DNA of 64,000 bases from Acidimicrobiia bacterium (GCA_024421085.1 JAHQYN010000001.1:5009-69008); one strand, 5' to 3'. Shown: positions 45,201 through 52,588, counted from the first letter of the stretch. The notes: generated from the sequence alone by a model not told the origin. Program-made: numbers and translations.

Positions 45201-45367
45201 CTACCCTCATGAAAACGATCGGCACAATTGCCGACATCAACACGGTGCTAGGTGCAGGTCAACAGTTGGCAACAATCGCGGAAATCGCCGAAACGTTCAA
45301 AGCAACACACCATTGCACGATTGAAGAACAACCGCTCGAAACCTGCATCAAAACTAAGCTCAGATGA
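39293..45367 (+). CDS. Giant secreted cell-surface protein: signal peptide, 3 SLH domains, 28 RCC1-like beta-propeller blades (2 x 14), an unknown beta-rich domain, 2 Calx-beta domains, a beta-helix repeat and a low-GC C-terminal domain
   Basis: ORF 38936-45367. The GTG at 39293 gives VVDSSKRCNSRRWVSLWCVVVVSLLTSASPAGAVA. SLH-like units include QNAAVSWMVHNNITTGTTPTTFGPDTPLTRVQLVTFLWRL. There are 28 repeats of the type SAG.xHSCGVKTDNT(V/I)xCWGxNxxGQADAP. The Calx-beta pattern is AEDAGAVTVTAAFDSP..GGTAVGGVDF..ITDDDIAEGSETFTL. The beta-helix stretch is GNAEVSGKARVYGDARVHGDAEVSGDARVYGDAKVHGDAEVSGDARISG. Confidence 0.8.
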   Translation: MVDSSKRCNSRRWVSLWCVVVVSLLTSASPAGAVAGYGDVADGQYYTEPVQWSADNDITGIDGNCFRPDAVVTRGEASVYFWNMENRPTAPDHGFGDVTAETQNAAVSWMVHNNITTGTTPTTFGPDTPLTRVQLVTFLWRLADQPPAPDHGFDDVKATWQQGSVSWAADRGITTGTSPTTFSPDLELTRAQLVTFLWRYQNKPAVTIDPSSPQCGDESVPTDEQTNTSGNEVETVTTDEQADSPGGEFTSVSVGGSHSCGIKTDNTVTCWGYNGDGRADPPDGEFTTVSAGDEHTCGVKTDNTVICWGNNDYRQADAPTSAFRTVSAGDEHSCGVKTDNTVICWGNNGFGLADAPDGTFDTVSAGRLHSCGVKTDNTVACWSNSGDGQADAPDGTFDTVSVGGSDSCGLKTDATVTCWSHGWEEGHDYYTLYGPSGVFSAVSVGGSHACGVKTDKTVTCWGSDSFGETFAPYSEFKTVSVGAYHSCGVKTDNTVICWGFMRWGQAPSGAFSAVSVGGSHACGVKTDNTVVCWGSNGSSSAVAAPTGEFKTVSAGGHLSCGVQTDNTVICWGISNGAHAPDGEFKTVSAGLEYGCGAKRDATVACWGRNWWGEADAPDGEFITVSAGNGHSCGVKTDNTITCWGNNEFGQADAPDGTFSAVSAGPEGTGFVQGSEWGDGASHSCGLKTDATVTCWGNNEFGQADAPDGTFDAVSAGRSHSCGLKTDATVTCWGDNRDGQTDAPAGEFRTVSAGGDLSCGVRTDATITCWGSDVLQPPNTSDGEVETVPTDQQTGVSGEVVTVTSDEQTDTSDGEFTTVSAGLRHSCGVKTDNTMICWGYNEDGRANAPDGEFTTVSAGEWHSCGVKTDNTIICWGYNENGQANAPAGEFTTVSVGLWHSCGVQTDNTIICWGDNQRTDAPAGEFRTVSASRRHSCGIKTDNTVTCWGGNSFGEADAPGSEFAAVSAGIGYSCGVKTDNTITCWGNYYGQVDPPAGAFRTVSVGDSAPCGVKTDNTVVCWDAAGGGRTDAPDGEFTTVSTGNRHSCGLKTDNTIICWGYNEDGRANAPGSRFKNFSAGIGYSCGVKTDNTIICWGNNDHGQADPPAGEFTTVSTGNGHSCGVKTDNTIICWGYNKFGQADPPDGEFTTVTAGYWYSCGLKTDNTVTCWGYSNLGQTDPPAGEFRNISAGNRHSCGVKTDNTIICWGNKYYGWIDAPVGDFSTVSAGNRHSCGVKTDNTVTCWGYNDRRPTGAFRTVSAGGSHSCGIKTDNTVTCWGYNEFGQADPPDSKFTTVTAAYGYSCGIKIDNTVTCWGKHRSGEVDATSGGPVVVVARGGLGPSAVGSGQGVACAANTPTCRYINIELSGFDAGTYTVSCAHDGWGDVGPSTFWTFSVAVDQSGSASLNGPCFLNFARLTGNGAYVTVSGLDVDAVRSNWLGGSVGPVVVPVEEPVVVPVEESVPAALAVSLTRTTVAEDAGAVTVTAAFDSPVETATTVTFTASGGTAVGGVDFTVPAVFTAVVGAGSLSVAATLIITDDDIAEGSETFTLGAVSGDSVAPGVSVTITDNDDARVRILDDSDYGLETVTVLSSESASYSVLLSSEPTSMVTITAESDSSEVATVAPSALTFTPSNWDTAQSFTVTGRDDGGTWVRHTLLSSDGEYNKWGVDPIFVDVAKPRPVVVCAAKEGESVDKYEIRRHGLNKRVHALRSFSIPRWGEQVQVGEEGGKVAGDLSLSQFGCAWVEKNAVIGKRARVLINALLKDNALATGNAIVFGRALIYGQAQVYDDAWVYGNAEVSGKARVYGDARVHGDAEVSGDARVYGDAKVHGDAEVSGDARISGYVEVRGKARLGFGDDVTCSEAMKGNDACIYDGKTEYEYAAEQYMAKLKQELKADLGTCPFRDENALNDFVDKLLDPSISIHGTVNEATEIGCALKKTWLNIIEALTPGSVELVFGLGLSYLGAFREIKFAPTLMKTIGTIADINTVLGAGQQLATIAEIAETFKATHHCTIEEQPLETCIKTKLR

Positions 45368-45425
45368 AACGCGAAACCAAATCTACCGGGATTCTTGGCT
45401 TTGGTGGGTGTGGAGCATTTCGGGT

Positions 45426-46037
45426 TCAGATCCAGATGTCGAGGGCTTCGGGCTCGACTCGGATGCTCAGGGTCTGGGCATTGCCGATGCTGATTCCGTC
45501 GAGAACCACCGGCGTTGGCCTCGTGAGTTCCAGTTGGGCCGCGCGGCAGCGGCGGACCTTGATCTGCGGGTGGGGCACATGGGTGCCTGAGCGCAGTCTG
45601 GAGCGGGCCTTGAGGCGCTCGGAGAAACTCGGGTCGGCCTCGATGAGGTCGAGTCGGCCGTCACCGGGGTGCGCTTTGGGAGCGACGTTGTAGTCACCGA
45701 TGAATGCCGCGTTGGCGGCGACCACGATCGGGCCCCGCCACCACCAGCGGCGTGCCAGCAGATGCGACACGAACCAGACCAGACGTCCGTCAACCAGCGC
45801 CATCCCCAAATCGATCTTCAGGTGGGTCCCCTCCCCCGCCCGCAACGAACCCTCGTTGTCGGCAACGCCGAGCGTGCGCGCCAAGTCACCGCCGAGCAGG
45901 CACAACGGCGGAACGGGCCGGCGCGCCCGTCGTGAAACGCTGACTGCTTCATTGGCCTCGGCATCGTTGTTGACGAAGATGGCACCGTCGGGAACCGCCC
46001 CGGGTCTCCCCCAGTCGGTCCCCTTGCGAATGCTCAC
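45426..46037 (-). CDS. Diacylglycerol/lipid kinase-family-like protein (C-terminal part recognisable, N-terminus atypical)
   Basis: 203 aa. APKAHPGDGRLDLIEA...VVLDGISIGNAQTLSIRVEPEALDIWI resembles the C-terminal half of YegS/DAGK-type kinases. No clear GGDGT motif is seen. The gene overlaps the tatC stop by 4 nt. Confidence 0.4.
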   Translation of the reverse strand: MSIRKGTDWGRPGAVPDGAIFVNNDAEANEAVSVSRRARRPVPPLCLLGGDLARTLGVADNEGSLRAGEGTHLKIDLGMALVDGRLVWFVSHLLARRWWWRGPIVVAANAAFIGDYNVAPKAHPGDGRLDLIEADPSFSERLKARSRLRSGTHVPHPQIKVRRCRAAQLELTRPTPVVLDGISIGNAQTLSIRVEPEALDIWI

Positions 46038-46816
46038 TGCGGCGCGGCCCGCTTGGCGGCTCTTCGATTCCGCAACCGACCGAACAGGATGGCGATCTCA
46101 TAGAAGATGTACATGGGTACAGACAGCACGCCGAGGGTGAACGGGTCTCCGCTGGGCGTGATGATCGCCACGAGCACGACGATGCCGACGACGGCATAGC
46201 GCCGACCGCGGCGCAGCGTCTGGTTGTCGACGATGTCGAGCACCTGCAGGAAGATCAGGATGATCGGGAACTCGAACCCTATCCCGAACGCCAGGATCAT
46301 CTTGATCACGAAGCCCAGGTACTCATTGGGTGCGTACCATTCGACGAGGTCTTCGCCGCCCAACTCGGAGAGAAACTCGAGAGCCCGCGGGATGGTCCAG
46401 TAGGCGAGGCCCGTGCCCGCGAAGAAGAGCGCCACGCCACTGACCATGAAGGCGACGGCGAATCGTTTCTCGTGCGAGAACAGTCCCGGGGCCACGAACC
46501 GCCAGGTCTGCCACAACAGCACGGGGATCGCGGCGATGAACCCGCCGTATCCGGCGACCGAGATTCGCACACTGAAAGGCTCGAAGGGATTGCGGGCATA
46601 CAGTTGGCATCCCGAGCCGAACACTTCGGTTGCGCTGCGATCAGCCTCAGGCAGCGAGCGACAGTACGGTTCGAGCAGGAAGTCTAGGATCCACGGATAG
46701 GCGATCCAGCAGGCGACGGCGCCGACGGCGATGGCGATGAGCGAGATGACGATCCGGCGGCGGAGCTCCGTCAGGTGCTCCATGAGCGTCATCGGTGCTT
46801 CTTCTGTTGTGCTCAT
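46034..46816 (-). CDS. tatC: Twin-arginine translocase subunit TatC
   Basis: 260 aa. It has the typical MTLMEHLTELRRRI start and six hydrophobic segments, and it overlaps the tatA stop. Confidence 0.9.
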   Translation of the reverse strand: MSTTEEAPMTLMEHLTELRRRIVISLIAIAVGAVACWIAYPWILDFLLEPYCRSLPEADRSATEVFGSGCQLYARNPFEPFSVRISVAGYGGFIAAIPVLLWQTWRFVAPGLFSHEKRFAVAFMVSGVALFFAGTGLAYWTIPRALEFLSELGGEDLVEWYAPNEYLGFVIKMILAFGIGFEFPIILIFLQVLDIVDNQTLRRGRRYAVVGIVVLVAIITPSGDPFTLGVLSVPMYIFYEIAILFGRLRNRRAAKRAAPQ

Positions 46817-47286
46817 GAAGTGGACGCTTGAGCGTTGGCCTCGGTCGCGGCTTCAGTGCTGTCGGCTGCTGCGTCGCCGGCTGCTGCGTCGCCGGTTGCC
46901 GTGTCGCCGGTTGCCGTGTCGCCGGTTGCCGTGTCGCCGGTTGCCGTGTCGCCGGTTGCCGTGTCAACTGCTGCCGTGTTATCGGTTGCTGTGTCGGCTG
47001 TTGCCGTGTCGGGGACGGCGTTGGAGTCGTCTGCGGCGGCGGTGTCGGCTGGTGTGGCGACCGATTCCGAAGCGACCACGCGCGCGCCCTTGGCCCGGGC
47101 CTCGGCTTCAACGATCGGGTCCTGCATCGCTTCGCGCATCTCCTTTTGGAATCCGCCGGAGATCCGCTTCAACTCGGTGAGCGCCCGCCCGACCTGACGA
47201 GCGGCTTCTGGCAGTTTCTTGGGTCCGAGCACCACCAGCGCCACCAGCAGGATGACGACCACTTCCATACCGCCCAGATTTCCCAT
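46813..47286 (-). CDS. tatA: Twin-arginine translocase subunit TatA/E with a repeat-expanded C-terminal tail
   Basis: MGNLGGMEVVVILLVALVVLGPKKLPEAARQVGRALTELKR. The tail contains (TATGD)n encoded by a 15-bp tandem repeat. Confidence 0.85.
   Translation of the reverse strand: MGNLGGMEVVVILLVALVVLGPKKLPEAARQVGRALTELKRISGGFQKEMREAMQDPIVEAEARAKGARVVASESVATPADTAAADDSNAVPDTATADTATDNTAAVDTATGDTATGDTATGDTATGDTATGDAAAGDAAADSTEAATEANAQASTS
46861..47007. repeat. 15-bp tandem repeat (gtcgccggttgccgt), 5 perfect and about 5 degenerate units, inside the tatA 3' half
   Basis: Perfect units are at 46888, 46903, 46918, 46933 and 46948. Confidence 0.95.
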
Positions 47287-47295
47287 GCACAGAGC

Positions 47296-47544
47296 CTAGC
47301 GAGCCGCGTATCCGCGCCGCGAACGGAGCCGCCGGAGCGTCGCGGCGGCTTCGAGTCGCTGCATTCGAGCAGCCAAGGCACCGCTGAGATGCGCCAGGTC
47401 GTCGTTGGCCACTCCCGCCGCGCGGGCGCGCCGCATCGAGTGGCGCAACAGTGCCATCTCGGTGGCGACCCTTTGCAGTGAGACTGCCAGCACCACCACA
47501 GACACGATCACTGCTGCGGCCACCAGCATCAAGCTCCAACTCAT
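47296..47544 (-). CDS. Possible small single-TM protein upstream of tatA (weak call)
   Basis: The Met at 47544 gives MSWSLMLVAAAVIVSVVVLAVSL followed by a helical Arg/Ala-rich tail. Its 5' end lies in the 74-bp repeat, and the ORF could be a high-GC artefact. Confidence 0.3.
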   Translation of the reverse strand: MSWSLMLVAAAVIVSVVVLAVSLQRVATEMALLRHSMRRARAAGVANDDLAHLSGALAARMQRLEAAATLRRLRSRRGYAAR

Positions 47545-47701
47545 GGGGCGAGCCGAACGCGACGATGCCCGCACCCGTACCCGTAGCAAGCGGCCACCAG
47601 CATCAAGTTCCAACTCATGGGGCGAGCCGAACGCGTCGATGCCTGCACCCGTACCCGTAGCAAGCGGCCACCAGCATCAAGCTCCAACTCATGGGGCGAG
47701 C
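47521..47701. repeat. 74-bp tandem repeat, about 2.4 copies, in the divergent region between tatA and the phosphodiesterase gene
   Basis: Copies start at 47521, 47595 and 47669 (the last is partial). The period is not a multiple of 3. Each copy carries an ATG on the plus strand (atggggcgagc) and an ATG on the minus strand (atgagttggag). Confidence 0.9.
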
Positions 47702-48462
47702 GTATCGCAGTCGCTGTCGTGGTTCTCAGTGGCTGCGCGCGCATACTGGCAGACGTGAAGACGCGTTATGCGCCCCTGGGAGACCCGGCGATCCTCTTCG
47801 CGCACCGGGGGGCGAAAACCATGGAGAGGGAGAACACGCTTGCCGCGTTCAGTCGCGCCGCGCAGCTCGGCGCGACCGGACTCGAGAGCGATGCCTGGCT
47901 GAGCCGCGACGGCCAGGTCGTGTTGGACCACGACGGTTGCCACCGAAGGTTCCCCCGAAAGTGGATCAGAGACACCGCCAGAGCCGATTTGGCCGCACAC
48001 ATCCCCACCCTGGGCGAGTTCTACGACTGTGTGGGCACTGACCTTCCGCTGAGCCTCGACCTGAAGGACCCGGCAGCTTTCACTCCGACCGTTTCCACAG
48101 CTCGGGAGTTCGGCGCGCAGCAGCGGTTGTGGATCTGCCACTCTGACCTTGAACTGTTGTCGCAGTGGCGCCGAGCCGCTCCTGACGTGCGCCTCGTCAA
48201 CTCGACCGCCACCAGACGGCTGCCGCACGGCCCCGAACGTCGCGCCGCCGAACTCAGTTCCGCGGGCGTCGACGCAGTCAACCTGCGCCAAGGTGAATGG
48301 ACCGCTGGACTGGTTGTGCTCTTCCACCGGTTCAAGGTGCTCGCCTTTGCTTGGGACGCACAGCACGAACGCCAGCTGGCGTCGCTCATCGACATGGGAG
48401 TCGACGCGGTCTACAGCGACGACGTGGAGCGAATGGTGGCAGTGGCGGCAACTTTCGCCTGA
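47617..48462 (+). CDS. Glycerophosphodiester phosphodiesterase (GDPD family), possibly a lipoprotein
   Basis: The core is ILFAHRGAKTMERENTLAAFSRAAQLGATGLESDAWLSRDGQVVLDHD. From the ATG at 47617 the N-terminus ends in a lipobox-like VVVLSGC. An alternative GTG start at 47755 would remove it. Confidence 0.75.
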   Translation: MGRAERVDACTRTRSKRPPASSSNSWGERIAVAVVVLSGCARILADVKTRYAPLGDPAILFAHRGAKTMERENTLAAFSRAAQLGATGLESDAWLSRDGQVVLDHDGCHRRFPRKWIRDTARADLAAHIPTLGEFYDCVGTDLPLSLDLKDPAAFTPTVSTAREFGAQQRLWICHSDLELLSQWRRAAPDVRLVNSTATRRLPHGPERRAAELSSAGVDAVNLRQGEWTAGLVVLFHRFKVLAFAWDAQHERQLASLIDMGVDAVYSDDVERMVAVAATFA

Positions 48463-48479
48463 ACGGCACCGTGCCCGCT

Positions 48480-48563
48480 CACCTGAAGCCTGGGGTCACA
48501 AGAAGCCTGGGGTCACCTGAAGCCCGGGTCACCAAGAAACCTCGGGTCACAAGAAACCTATGT
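48480..48563. repeat. Tandem repeat of about 17 bp (cac(c/a)(t/a)gaagcc(t/c)ggggt-like), 5 units, between the convergent GDPD and lepB genes
   Basis: Units start at 48480, 48497, 48514, 48530 and 48548. The last unit overlaps the lepB stop codon. Confidence 0.85.
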
Positions 48564-49275
48564 CTCCGAGGGGCCAGAGCTTGATGAAGGCCCGACCGAC
48601 GATCGAGTCGATGTCGATCGGGCCGAAGACACGGGAATCAGTGCTGCCCTCGCGGTTGTCGCCCATCACGAACACCATCCCCTCCGGCACGAGGCAGCGG
48701 TCTGCCGCGGGCGGATTGTTGGCGCAGTTAAGCAACTGCCCGTTGGCGAACGTCAGGTTGCTGCCCACGTACGGCTCGGTTTGCAACTCACCGTCGATAA
48801 GGACCTGGCCAGCGGCGAATGAGATGGTCTCGCCGGGCAGGGCGATGACCCGCTTGATGAAATCGTTGATCACACCGGGCGCATTGTCGGGCTTGGAGAA
48901 GACGATCACGTCGCCGCGCCCGACCTCGCCGAAGCGGTAGCTGAGCTTATTGACCATCACCCGGTCATCCTCATGGAGCGTGTCTGCCATGGAACTCGAC
49001 GGAATGTAGTAGGCCTGTACCAGGAACGTCCGGATCAACAACGCCAGAGCCAGCGCGAAGCCGGCCACGACAACCCATTCGACCATTGTTCGAGCAAGCT
49101 GAGGTGGGGGCTGGGCCTCGCCCGGCAGCGCCTGCGTCCCGTCGGCATCGTGACCATCGTCGAGCTCGGCCCAGCGCGGGTCAGAGGAGTCGTCGGACAG
49201 CCCGCTCAATGTTGGTACGTCGTCGGCGCCGGTGCGCCCGGCTGCTGACGTGGGCGGAACCCCGAAGTCACTCAC
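48547..49275 (-). CDS. lepB: Signal peptidase I
   Basis: It has IPSSSMADTL (the catalytic Ser box SxSMxPTL) and GDNREGSTDSR. Confidence 0.9.
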   Translation of the reverse strand: MSDFGVPPTSAAGRTGADDVPTLSGLSDDSSDPRWAELDDGHDADGTQALPGEAQPPPQLARTMVEWVVVAGFALALALLIRTFLVQAYYIPSSSMADTLHEDDRVMVNKLSYRFGEVGRGDVIVFSKPDNAPGVINDFIKRVIALPGETISFAAGQVLIDGELQTEPYVGSNLTFANGQLLNCANNPPAADRCLVPEGMVFVMGDNREGSTDSRVFGPIDIDSIVGRAFIKLWPLGDIGFL

Positions 49276-49336
49276 AACCCACGACGATACCGCCGTGCTG
49301 AACCGAAGCCGTGGGACCGCCTCGAAGCGGCAGCCC

Positions 49337-50299
49337 TCAGCGGTAGCGCTCCAAGACCCGGTTCGCGGCCTCAGAAACGAGATCGGGCGACAACGGCGCG
49401 TCGATCGCGACGATCTCCGCTGAAGGTCCGAGTCGCAGCATCAGGCGCTCCAGCCAGCCGACGGACGACACGGCCATGCTGACAGTCGAGTAGCTGGCCT
49501 CGTCGGTCTTTGCCGACTCCGTCGGGTACTGCTCGGCAACCCAGGCACTGTCAGGGTGCAGGCGCAGCACCACCCGCGGATCGTTCTCGCCGGGGGTGAA
49601 GGTCCCCGCCGGGTCGGTCGGCCGCTGCTCGACAACGTCGCCGGTGAGTCGGACTGAACGGATCCGGTCCACGCGGAACACCCGTTGCGCTCCGGCCCGC
49701 TGACACCAGGCGTCGAGGTACCAGTTGCCGTTGTCGCTGAACACCCTCGACGGCTCGACGATGCGTTGAGTGAGCTCGTCGCGCCCGTAGGTGTAGTACT
49801 CGATGTCGACCTGCTCTTGTCGGCTGACAGCCGACCTCAGAGGCACCAGCGTCTCGCGGCCGGCATCGCCGAGCCGCACCTCCACAGCCCCCTCGGCCGC
49901 CTCGCCCAGCGCCATGGACAGCTTGGTGAGCGCCCGCAGCAGCGGGCCGGCCTCCTCGTCGTCCCCGCCCGCCCAGGATTGATCGCCGAGCAGCGAGTGT
50001 GCGGCGGTCAGCAGGCGCGCCCCCTCGCTTCCGGTGAGGCGCAGCGGTCGCGAGAACCAGTCCGCGTAGCTGATCTGCACCTCGTCGTCGGAGATGTCGA
50101 CCTCGATCATCGAGTCCGGTGTGAACGGATGCACGCCGACGAAGAACACGACCCCGGTGAGGTCTTCAACGAGCTGCGACCTCGGGTAGTCGAAACGGGC
50201 GACTATCTCGTCGATGGGAGCGCCCTGCTGCTGAACGACCCAGGGGATCACCGCCAAGAGCCGGGTCATCCGTTCAGCGGCAGTCAGCCTAGGGCTCAT
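49337..50299 (-). CDS. pafC: WYL-domain transcriptional regulator, PafC-like
   Basis: 320 aa. It has the NWYLDAW motif and sits after pafA-pafB, overlapping the pafB stop by 4 nt. Confidence 0.75.
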   Translation of the reverse strand: MSPRLTAAERMTRLLAVIPWVVQQQGAPIDEIVARFDYPRSQLVEDLTGVVFFVGVHPFTPDSMIEVDISDDEVQISYADWFSRPLRLTGSEGARLLTAAHSLLGDQSWAGGDDEEAGPLLRALTKLSMALGEAAEGAVEVRLGDAGRETLVPLRSAVSRQEQVDIEYYTYGRDELTQRIVEPSRVFSDNGNWYLDAWCQRAGAQRVFRVDRIRSVRLTGDVVEQRPTDPAGTFTPGENDPRVVLRLHPDSAWVAEQYPTESAKTDEASYSTVSMAVSSVGWLERLMLRLGPSAEIVAIDAPLSPDLVSEAANRVLERYR

Positions 50300-51201
50300 G
50301 TGAGCGCCTCGAGCCAGTCGACTATGTCGTCTCTGGCCTGTTGCGGCGCCAACACCTCGGCGTGTTCAAGGAAGGTGAGGATGAACGACCGGAAACCTTC
50401 GCGGTTGCGCACCTCGAAGGTGACAACCCCAGTCGGAGTTCCGGTTTCGTCGTGCGGCTCGGCATCCTCGCCGAGCAGATGGTGCAGATAGGCGGCCTGG
50501 TCTTCATCGACGGCCACCCGCACAGTGACGGGACGTTCATCGCCCAGTTCCCAACCCTTCAGCCTGGTCGGGTCGGTCGGCGTGCCCAGCGGTTGCACGG
50601 CGCCGTCGAGCGGTTCGACCGCGCCGCTGATCCGGTCGGTCCGGTAGAGGCGCTGATCGTCACGTCGCCGGTCCCAGCCCGCCAGGTACCAGTGCCCCCG
50701 CGAGAACGACAGGCGCCACGGTTCGACCTGGCGCGCAACGCCTCCGTAGCTGAACCCGACCGCCCGACGCTCGGCGGCCGCGGCGATCAGCGTCGCCAGG
50801 TTGTCGTTGAAGGGAACATGGCCGACTTCGGCGGCTTCGACGCTGCTTGAAGCGCCACCGAGTTTGTGCAGGCCCGTCTCGCCGCCGTCGAGCCGGACGA
50901 TGCTGGTTGCGAGGTGCAGCGCCGCCAACTCGTCGGGTTCGAGTCGCAGGTCCCGCCCGGCGTATTCGGAGCGGAGGATCCGGTAACCGTCGATCGGGGG
51001 ATCGGACCCCGCAATGCTCTCAACCCGCAGCGGTATGCCCATGTTGCGAAGGTCTTCCTTGTCACGCTCGAAGGTCCGTCGAAACGATGCTTTGGCTTGC
51101 GGGTAGCCGCCGATCCGTCGGCGCAGCTCCTCCGCGGAGAGGAACCGGTCGGTGTCGAGGAGCGCTGCGGTCAGGTTCAGGAGGCGTTCGAGTTTGTCCA
51201 T
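50296..51201 (-). CDS. pafB: HTH/WYL-domain transcriptional regulator, PafB-like
   Basis: 301 aa. The N-terminal MDKLERLLNLTAALL is HTH-like, and the GHWYLAGW motif is present. It lies directly downstream of pafA. Confidence 0.75.
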   Translation of the reverse strand: MDKLERLLNLTAALLDTDRFLSAEELRRRIGGYPQAKASFRRTFERDKEDLRNMGIPLRVESIAGSDPPIDGYRILRSEYAGRDLRLEPDELAALHLATSIVRLDGGETGLHKLGGASSSVEAAEVGHVPFNDNLATLIAAAAERRAVGFSYGGVARQVEPWRLSFSRGHWYLAGWDRRRDDQRLYRTDRISGAVEPLDGAVQPLGTPTDPTRLKGWELGDERPVTVRVAVDEDQAAYLHHLLGEDAEPHDETGTPTGVVTFEVRNREGFRSFILTFLEHAEVLAPQQARDDIVDWLEALT

Positions 51202-51220
51202 TGGCGCTGGGTTCTGTCTC

Positions 51221-52588
51221 CTACAACGAAGCGATCAGCTTGTCAACACGGTCGTCTTGGGCTTTGAAGGGGTCTTTGCACAGCACGGTCCGCTGTGCTT
51301 GATCGTTCAGCTTCAGGTGTACCCAGTCGACTGTATAGTCTCGCCTCTGCTCCTTGGCCCTGCGGATGAACTCGCCGCGCAGGCGTGCCCGGGTCGTCTC
51401 CGGAGGATTCTCGACGGCTTGGGAGATCTGTCTGTCGGTGACTATGCGCTCGACCATCCGGCGTTTCTGCATGCGGTAGTAGAGCCCGCGGTCGCGGTTC
51501 ACGTCGTGGTACTGGAGGTCGAGCAGAGCCACCTTGGGATCGGACAGTTCGAGCTGCTTGCGGGCCCGGTAGCCCTCGATCAACTTGTACTTGATGACCC
51601 AGTCGACCTCTCGGTCCAGCGTCAGCGGGTCGTCCTCGATCGCCGAGAGGCAGTGCTCCCACATTGTGAGCGCGAGTTGCTCCTGCTCGCTGAGATCATG
51701 GTGGTCGGCGAAGCGGATGGCTCGTTGCAGGTACTCGCTCTGGATGTCGAGGGCGGAGACCTCCCGCCCGTTGGCGAGGCGGATGCGTCGCCGACAGGTC
51801 ATGTCGTGGCTGATCTCGCGGATGGCGCGGATGGGGTTCTCGAGTGTCATGGCGCGCAGCACCACATTGGGCTCCTCTAGCATCCGCAGCATCAACGAGG
51901 CGGCCCCGACCTTCAAGAAGGTGGTGTACTCGCTCATGTTCGAGTCGCCCACGATCACGTGCAGCCGACGGTACCGCTCAGCGTCTGCGTGCGGTTCGTC
52001 GCGGGTGTTGATGATCGGCCGCGAGCGGGTGGTCGCGGAGGACACCCCCTCCCAGATGTGCTCGGCCCGCTGGCTCACGCAGTACCTCGCACCCCGCGCG
52101 GTCTGGAGGATCTTGCCTGCTCCGGCATAGATCTGGCGGCTCACCAGAAACGGGATCAGCACCTCGCTGTAGGCGGTCAGGTCGTCGCTGCGGGTGATGC
52201 AGTAGTTCTCGTGACAGCCGTAACTGTTGCCAGCAGAGTCGGTGTTGTTCTTGAACAGATAGATGTCACCGTGGATGCCCTCTTCAGACAGCCGTTCCTC
52301 GGCGCTCATCAGGAGCTGCTCCAGGATGCGCTCCCCGGCCTTGTCGTGGGCGGTCAGGTCGCGGACCGAGTCGCACTCGGGGGTGGCGTATTCGGGATGG
52401 CTGCCGACGTCGAGGTACAGGCGCGCCCCGTTCCCTAAGAAGACATTGCTCGAGCGTCCCCAGGACACGACCCGCCGGAACAGGTAGCGCGCCACCTCGT
52501 CGGGGCTGAGGCGCCGCTGGCCGCGCAGTGTGCAGGTCACGCCGTACTCGTTCTCGATCCCAAAGATGCGGCGCTGCACTCCGAACAA
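51221..52588 (-). CDS. pafA: Pup-protein ligase PafA
   Basis: 455 aa. It has [11 protein letters not shown] and GCHENYC, and is a paralogue of dop in this window. Confidence 0.9.
   Translation of the reverse strand: MFGVQRRIFGIENEYGVTCTLRGQRRLSPDEVARYLFRRVVSWGRSSNVFLGNGARLYLDVGSHPEYATPECDSVRDLTAHDKAGERILEQLLMSAEERLSEEGIHGDIYLFKNNTDSAGNSYGCHENYCITRSDDLTAYSEVLIPFLVSRQIYAGAGKILQTARGARYCVSQRAEHIWEGVSSATTRSRPIINTRDEPHADAERYRRLHVIVGDSNMSEYTTFLKVGAASLMLRMLEEPNVVLRAMTLENPIRAIREISHDMTCRRRIRLANGREVSALDIQSEYLQRAIRFADHHDLSEQEQLALTMWEHCLSAIEDDPLTLDREVDWVIKYKLIEGYRARKQLELSDPKVALLDLQYHDVNRDRGLYYRMQKRRMVERIVTDRQISQAVENPPETTRARLRGEFIRRAKEQRRDYTVDWVHLKLNDQAQRTVLCKDPFKAQDDRVDKLIASL

Noticed and set aside
45364-45693. 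109-aa plus-strand ORF just after the giant gene, considered as a possible immunity protein.
   Set aside because: It almost entirely overlaps the minus-strand lipid-kinase-like gene, its composition is that of a high-GC off-frame, and it has no TM or recognisable fold signal.
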